Below, piece after piece: positions 59,827 through 64,000 of a stretch of 64,000 bases of DNA. This DNA comes from Candidatus Bathyarchaeota archaeon (GTDB taxonomy: Archaea > Thermoproteota > Bathyarchaeia > Bathyarchaeales > Bathycorpusculaceae), in NCBI GenBank assembly GCA_963828195.1, contig CAWHDT010000005.1:608001-672000 (forward strand), read 5' to 3'. The notes under the pieces were generated by a model. That model was given only the letters and a program-made list of their open reading frames with translations, did not search any database and had not been told where the DNA came from. The translations under genes were made by a program, and so were the position numbers. Positions within the stretch are counted from its first letter, which is position 1. Each line of letters begins with the position of its first letter.

Positions 59827-61287
59827 CTATGTCGATTCTTTTCTCTTTCTCGTTTGCTGTTCTCTTATCATTTTAGCTGTTTTTTCTTTTCCGAAAAAAA
59901 GGTACGAAGTGCGAGCATTATCATAATTTAAGCTCGGTTCTGAACCTTCTTTTAAAAGCATAAGCGTATCGCAGCTTGAGCACCGTTTAGGTCTACCGAT
60001 GTCTGTAGTCTGATATTCAAATTTCTCGTAGCAGTTGGAACAGTGACCATAACCAAAACCAAAATCAAGCCTCTTAACTAAACAATCAATAGTTATTTCT
60101 GGTACGAAACCAACATTTGCTTTATTACTGGTTTTGGCTTTTCTTTTAGATTCTTCACTTAGAATAAGAGTATTTAAGTCTTCCATAACCCTATTTAGAC
60201 CGATAGTGTAAAGGTCGGGGTTCTTTGTCTTCATATCTTCCATTTTCTTTCTAAACCGTTCCACTGCATCTTTACCGTAATAATATTCTATCGCCTTTCT
60301 GGTAATTTTTTCTGCTATTGCTAAAGTGTCTCGGGATATGAATAACGCATCTGCTTCGCATTTCACTGCACCGTATTTTTCTATAAAATCAGCATGCTTG
60401 AGTTTCTTGGTATACTTTAGTTCTGGATTATCTCTAAATTTGTTTACTTCCTTCATTAATTCAATGTCTTCGACTAATGGAAGATTGTATCTTTTTATAT
60501 CCTCTATGTTTAGACCAACTCGTTTAATTACTAATTTCTCTGGGTCATATCTCGTACTTGGTTTTATTTCCTCTAAGTATTCTTTGAAATTATCTGACAT
60601 CTGCCGACCAACAATATCGAAATCGTAAAAAAGTAGTAGTACGGGAGTGAGTTTATTCTCTTCGGCTTTCTGTGCCAACTTTGCTATGTGGTCTAATATT
60701 AACAGTGGCGCTCTTCCTTTAGTGCTTACGATTGGTATATGGTACTCTTGGCAAATAGGCGCTAATACTTCTTTAAGGTCTCCTTTTTCAACAGACATCA
60801 TAAGATAATACTTTTCGTCTTTCCAGAATCCAGTATTAGATTCAGCTATGTTATTCATTTTATCGGTAATGAGTTCTTGAATTTCCATAAGTCCTTCTGT
60901 TGGGTCTGTTTCTTCGATTATGCCTTTAAAATGTCGAGTCTCGTCTTGGTCTTCTTTAACAAAGTCCATAGGTAACAGGTTTGCTTTTCTACAAACTGCA
61001 ATAGCAGCACCACATTTTTTAAATTCTGCTTCTGTTTTAGCTATTTTTCCCTTAGATTCTAATAAATAACCCCAACCTCTAACATTACGCTTGATACCTG
61101 TTTCTGCATCAAAAGCCTTAAGGTCGTTAGCAAAGCGCCAATACCTTTCCCTATTATCGGGGTCACTAATGCTTCCTGTTGGAATATACCCTTTCAGTTC
61201 TTTAGGTTTTGTATAGACAGCATTGTATTCTTTCCCGAACATCTTAGTCGTAGCACTTTCAAACACTTTTTTGATAGCGTCATTCAT
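59827..61287 (-). CDS. Type IIB topoisomerase A-like (Spo11/Topo VI-A/Mini-A-like TOPRIM) protein
   Basis: VRGWGYLL (candidate catalytic Tyr), SVEKGDL, STKG, FYDFDIVG (DxD), KRVGLN.EDI.RYNLP, CEADAL; C-terminal Zn ribbon. Confidence 0.75.
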   Translation of the reverse strand: MNDAIKKVFESATTKMFGKEYNAVYTKPKELKGYIPTGSISDPDNRERYWRFANDLKAFDAETGIKRNVRGWGYLLESKGKIAKTEAEFKKCGAAIAVCRKANLLPMDFVKEDQDETRHFKGIIEETDPTEGLMEIQELITDKMNNIAESNTGFWKDEKYYLMMSVEKGDLKEVLAPICQEYHIPIVSTKGRAPLLILDHIAKLAQKAEENKLTPVLLLFYDFDIVGRQMSDNFKEYLEEIKPSTRYDPEKLVIKRVGLNIEDIKRYNLPLVEDIELMKEVNKFRDNPELKYTKKLKHADFIEKYGAVKCEADALFISRDTLAIAEKITRKAIEYYYGKDAVERFRKKMEDMKTKNPDLYTIGLNRVMEDLNTLILSEESKRKAKTSNKANVGFVPEITIDCLVKRLDFGFGYGHCSNCYEKFEYQTTDIGRPKRCSSCDTLMLLKEGSEPSLNYDNARTSYLFFGKEKTAKMIREQQTRKRKEST

Positions 61288-62621
61288 TGGAGAACACCTT
61301 TAGCGTAATCATCGTACTTTACTGCTGGACACATGAAATGATAGATAACAGTCATTGGCGCAGTAGAATACTTCTTTGTAGAAAGACGGGTTTCTATTGG
61401 ACAGCATTTTAAGAAGACTTGTTGGGGTGCTGACATGTGATTAACACATAGATATAGCTGTAAGCCTTTGTTGTCTTCTGGTCTAAGAATCTTAGCGATT
61501 TCAAGGGCAAAGGGATATTCTACGTGTGATAGGTCTTTACAATCTTTATGTTCTTCCATTGATACCCTACAATCATAAGCCACTCCAATATTGAGCGAAT
61601 ACCCGTTATCGCATAATGTCCAGCCATTCTTCTCGCATCGTTTTTCAAATGCTTCTTTACCAACGATACCCAACACTGATTTAACAGTGCGTGAGTCCTC
61701 AATGGGTTTAGTTAACACTTTCATATTTGCATAGAGTTTTTCTATTCCTTCTTTGGATACTTTTGTTAGTAAGGTGTCTGCACCGTTTTTATAAAGTGAG
61801 TCTTGTAAGAAGGGATAGGTAATTTCATGACTTTGAAAACCCCTGAACATTGATGTTATGAACCTTTTAAGGGTTAAATCTGGACATGAAGCTGCATAAT
61901 CCAAAAATAACTCTGTAAACTCTTCGAGCTTGTACCAGAGAGCACTCGTTTCTTGTATTGGGTCTTTTCCGTCTGTAATTCTGTCGTAGACCGTTTCTTT
62001 ACCCATAAACTCATAGGTAATCTTTTTTGTTGGATTAACTAAGGCTGTAGCTTCAATGCTTCTCTCTATTTCCTTAGTGTCTAAATAATTTTGAACTGGA
62101 AACTTTACGGATATTACCGTTCCCCTGTCTATCCTTTTTGAAATTTGGATACTCGGGGGATTCATTCTTACATTGTCATGTGATAACGTTATAGTAAACT
62201 TGGAAGCTCCCGATTCTATGATGATAGACGGTATAGGCAGATTCTTAAGTTCAGCCGATATGTAGGAAAACCCAAAGATGCACTTTAATGCGTTACCTAT
62301 TCGACCTCTGCTAAGGCGCATTAATCCCCTGTTGGAGCTTGCTTTGTTATCAAAATCAAATATTTGGTCTATGACCTTTGGGGTTAACTTTGTTTCCCCA
62401 TCATTGGTTACGGTTACGGTATAGAAGTCTTTATCGCTGGTAATTGATACTCTTACTTTAACGGAGCCTTTTACATCTAAACCGTTAGCTAACATTTCCC
62501 TTACAGCAAAGTTTATCGCATGGTCTAAATCTGTTCCCGTTCTCAATCGTAGCTGTTCAGGTTCTATAAAATCTAAACTTCTCGGCAGACCCTTACGGAC
62601 TTCATTTATTAAAGATGTCAT
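61284..62621 (-). CDS. GHKL ATPase resembling Topo VI/VIII B subunit (likely start 62621)
   Basis: VREMLANGLD N-box, VTNDG G1, SRGRIGNALK G2, RGTVI G3, ALVNP; ATGA-coupled to the A-like gene. Confidence 0.78.
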   Translation of the reverse strand: MTSLINEVRKGLPRSLDFIEPEQLRLRTGTDLDHAINFAVREMLANGLDVKGSVKVRVSITSDKDFYTVTVTNDGETKLTPKVIDQIFDFDNKASSNRGLMRLSRGRIGNALKCIFGFSYISAELKNLPIPSIIIESGASKFTITLSHDNVRMNPPSIQISKRIDRGTVISVKFPVQNYLDTKEIERSIEATALVNPTKKITYEFMGKETVYDRITDGKDPIQETSALWYKLEEFTELFLDYAASCPDLTLKRFITSMFRGFQSHEITYPFLQDSLYKNGADTLLTKVSKEGIEKLYANMKVLTKPIEDSRTVKSVLGIVGKEAFEKRCEKNGWTLCDNGYSLNIGVAYDCRVSMEEHKDCKDLSHVEYPFALEIAKILRPEDNKGLQLYLCVNHMSAPQQVFLKCCPIETRLSTKKYSTAPMTVIYHFMCPAVKYDDYAKGVLQ

Positions 62622-62626
62622 GCTTC

Positions 62627-62773
62627 TCACGATTTGTTTTCTTCGATTGTTGGGTTTAGCACTCTGCCACATTCTTGGCATAGATACCTCTGGATTTTAC
62701 CCTTACGTGTAGTTCTGAATCCGAGCTTCACGATATGGGTACTTCCACAGATACATTTAGCTGGTTTACTCAT
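62627..62773 (-). CDS. 48-aa InsA-like zinc-ribbon protein (not in ORF track)
   Basis: MSKPAKCICGSTHIVKLGFRTTRKGKIQRYLCQECGR; paralog of 59515..59640. Confidence 0.72.
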   Translation of the reverse strand: MSKPAKCICGSTHIVKLGFRTTRKGKIQRYLCQECGRVLNPTIEENKS

Positions 62774-62914
62774 TCTTCGTACTCTTCTACACTATAAATA
62801 GGTATATCTATAGATATAAGGATTATGGGTAATTAAGATATAATATATGGTCAAAGTGGTTCAAAATGAAATTCCCTATTATGCTTTAGTTCATGCTGTC
62901 AGCACCTTAACCTC

Positions 62915-62978
62915 TTCCCCTTTTTTGTATTTATTATACCTCTAAAAGATGTAGACCAGCCACTACAAAAAAGGGAAC
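62915..62978. repeat. Hairpin repeat copy 2
   Basis: TTCCCCTTTTTTGTA...TACAAAAAAGGGAA. Confidence 0.7.
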
Positions 62979-63386
62979 TTTCCCATTAGATTGGAAACAC
63001 CTGAAACACCTTACTTCTACAGGTAAACAAGCTAATCCAATAAGACATTAATTATCTATTAGTTTTTTAATTCTAACAGACAGAGAAACTCTATATCTAA
63101 TAATTTACTAAATTAAGAGACATAGAAACACCTTACTGGATGTTTATTGTCCAGCTATCTTACTACAGGTTGAGGTCGTTATTAGTTCTTAATATCCTGA
63201 AGCCTTGATGAAGGGGAACTAACCATTTAGCCACTTTATAACCGAAGTAACCTTACTGGTTCGGATAGACTTTTTTCCAATGCGATTCACCAATAAATAA
63301 ACAGCTAACGCATTGGGAGAATTAGCTGCCTACCTACTGATTACTAACCACTTTCTCGGGGAGCATAAAAAGTTTTATGGTCTTTG

Positions 63387-63456
63387 CCCTTTCTGCATTT
63401 TCTACGCTAAAAACATCTACATCGTAAACTTGATTGCCTAAGCAAAAAAGGGGAAC
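63387..63456. repeat. Hairpin repeat copy 3
   Basis: CCCTTTCTGC...GCAAAAAAGGGGAAC; loop shares AAAA.ATCTACATC with copy 1. Confidence 0.65.
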
Positions 63457-63893
63457 TTACCCATCTGATAATAAAGTGAGGTAGTTGTTTAATTTTATAT
63501 TTTTTATAGTGTGCAGTATTCCTTACTGCACTTGGCGTTTCAAGCATTAATGAAGCATATTTCTAAGTTCTCCGTGCTGACTCTTGATACTCCTAAATGC
63601 TAAGAGATTGAGTATTAGAATTAGATTAGATGTTTATTGATGCCTGAGTGGTGGCATGGAGAACCATAGTAAAAGACCATGCTTGGAGACTAATAGAAAG
63701 ACCGTACCCACAATAAGAGGAATGTTAGCCTTAGAAACTTGATAGTTTAACGTTAAAAACTGTACTTGTTTCTTTAATGTATTAGAGCAATAGCGGAGTG
63801 TAAACGAGCTGGCGCATAGCCCTATTGCATAGTACAATTACTAAAAGCATGGGAAAATAATGATTGTCGGTAACAGTTTAGTTACTTGAAAGG

Positions 63894-64000
63894 TTACTCT
63901 TCTTTCAGTATATCGTCTGCTTGTTTGTCTCTCTCTTCTTGGTCATGAATTATCTCTTCCAGTGTGTAATCTTTAGCTAACAATCCACGTTCTTTGAAAG
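63894..64000 (-). CDS. 3' end of a hypothetical gene entering from beyond the window
   Basis: Open frame ...FKERGLLAKDYTLEEIIHDQEERDKQADDILKEE-stop. Confidence 0.5.
   Translation of the reverse strand, partial: FKERGLLAKDYTLEEIIHDQEERDKQADDILKEE

Larger units (their letters stand above)
55200..64000 (-). mobile_element. Integrated virus-like element (left part; continues beyond window; left boundary approximate)
   Basis: Abrupt AT-rich shift after the ftr promoter; terminase large subunit; co-oriented, translationally coupled small ORFs; no integrase or capsid gene in window. Confidence 0.8.

Noticed and set aside
59827-62621. Host Topo VI (top6A/top6B) or Wadjet system
   Set aside because: Too divergent from cellular Topo VI, located in an AT-rich mobile element, and no SMC or kleisin genes nearby
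63634-63837. 67-aa minus-strand ORF
   Set aside because: No motif, coupling or ribosome site seen; cannot support it as a gene

Overview
Archaeal chromosomal window, most consistent with Bathyarchaeia (inferred from eukaryote-like topoisomerase IB, Ftr, Alba, aRF1, RPA, CimA/LeuA, IlvD, PEF-CTERM and YVTN surface proteins). A housekeeping backbone with two tRNAs (Met-CAU with a non-canonically placed intron; Ala-UGC) is interrupted by two visibly AT-richer accessory blocks. (1) A defence island at about 17.0-23.3 kb holds a TIR-APAZ + short prokaryotic Argonaute operon (SPARTA-like), a divergent NDT/TIR-like-REase + Mrr-like REase pair and a wHTH-REase-like gene, bracketed by imperfect direct repeats. 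(2) An integrated virus-like element runs from about 55.2 kb past the window end, with a terminase large subunit, a string of tiny zinc-finger genes, a split type IIB topoisomerase-like pair (GHKL B + Spo11/TOPRIM A) and repeated hairpin elements. Several accessory genes (two VapC toxins, a REase, a transglutaminase, an SRPBCC protein, a putative antitoxin) are frameshifted while housekeeping genes look intact. All calls come from motif reading by eye; no database search was run.
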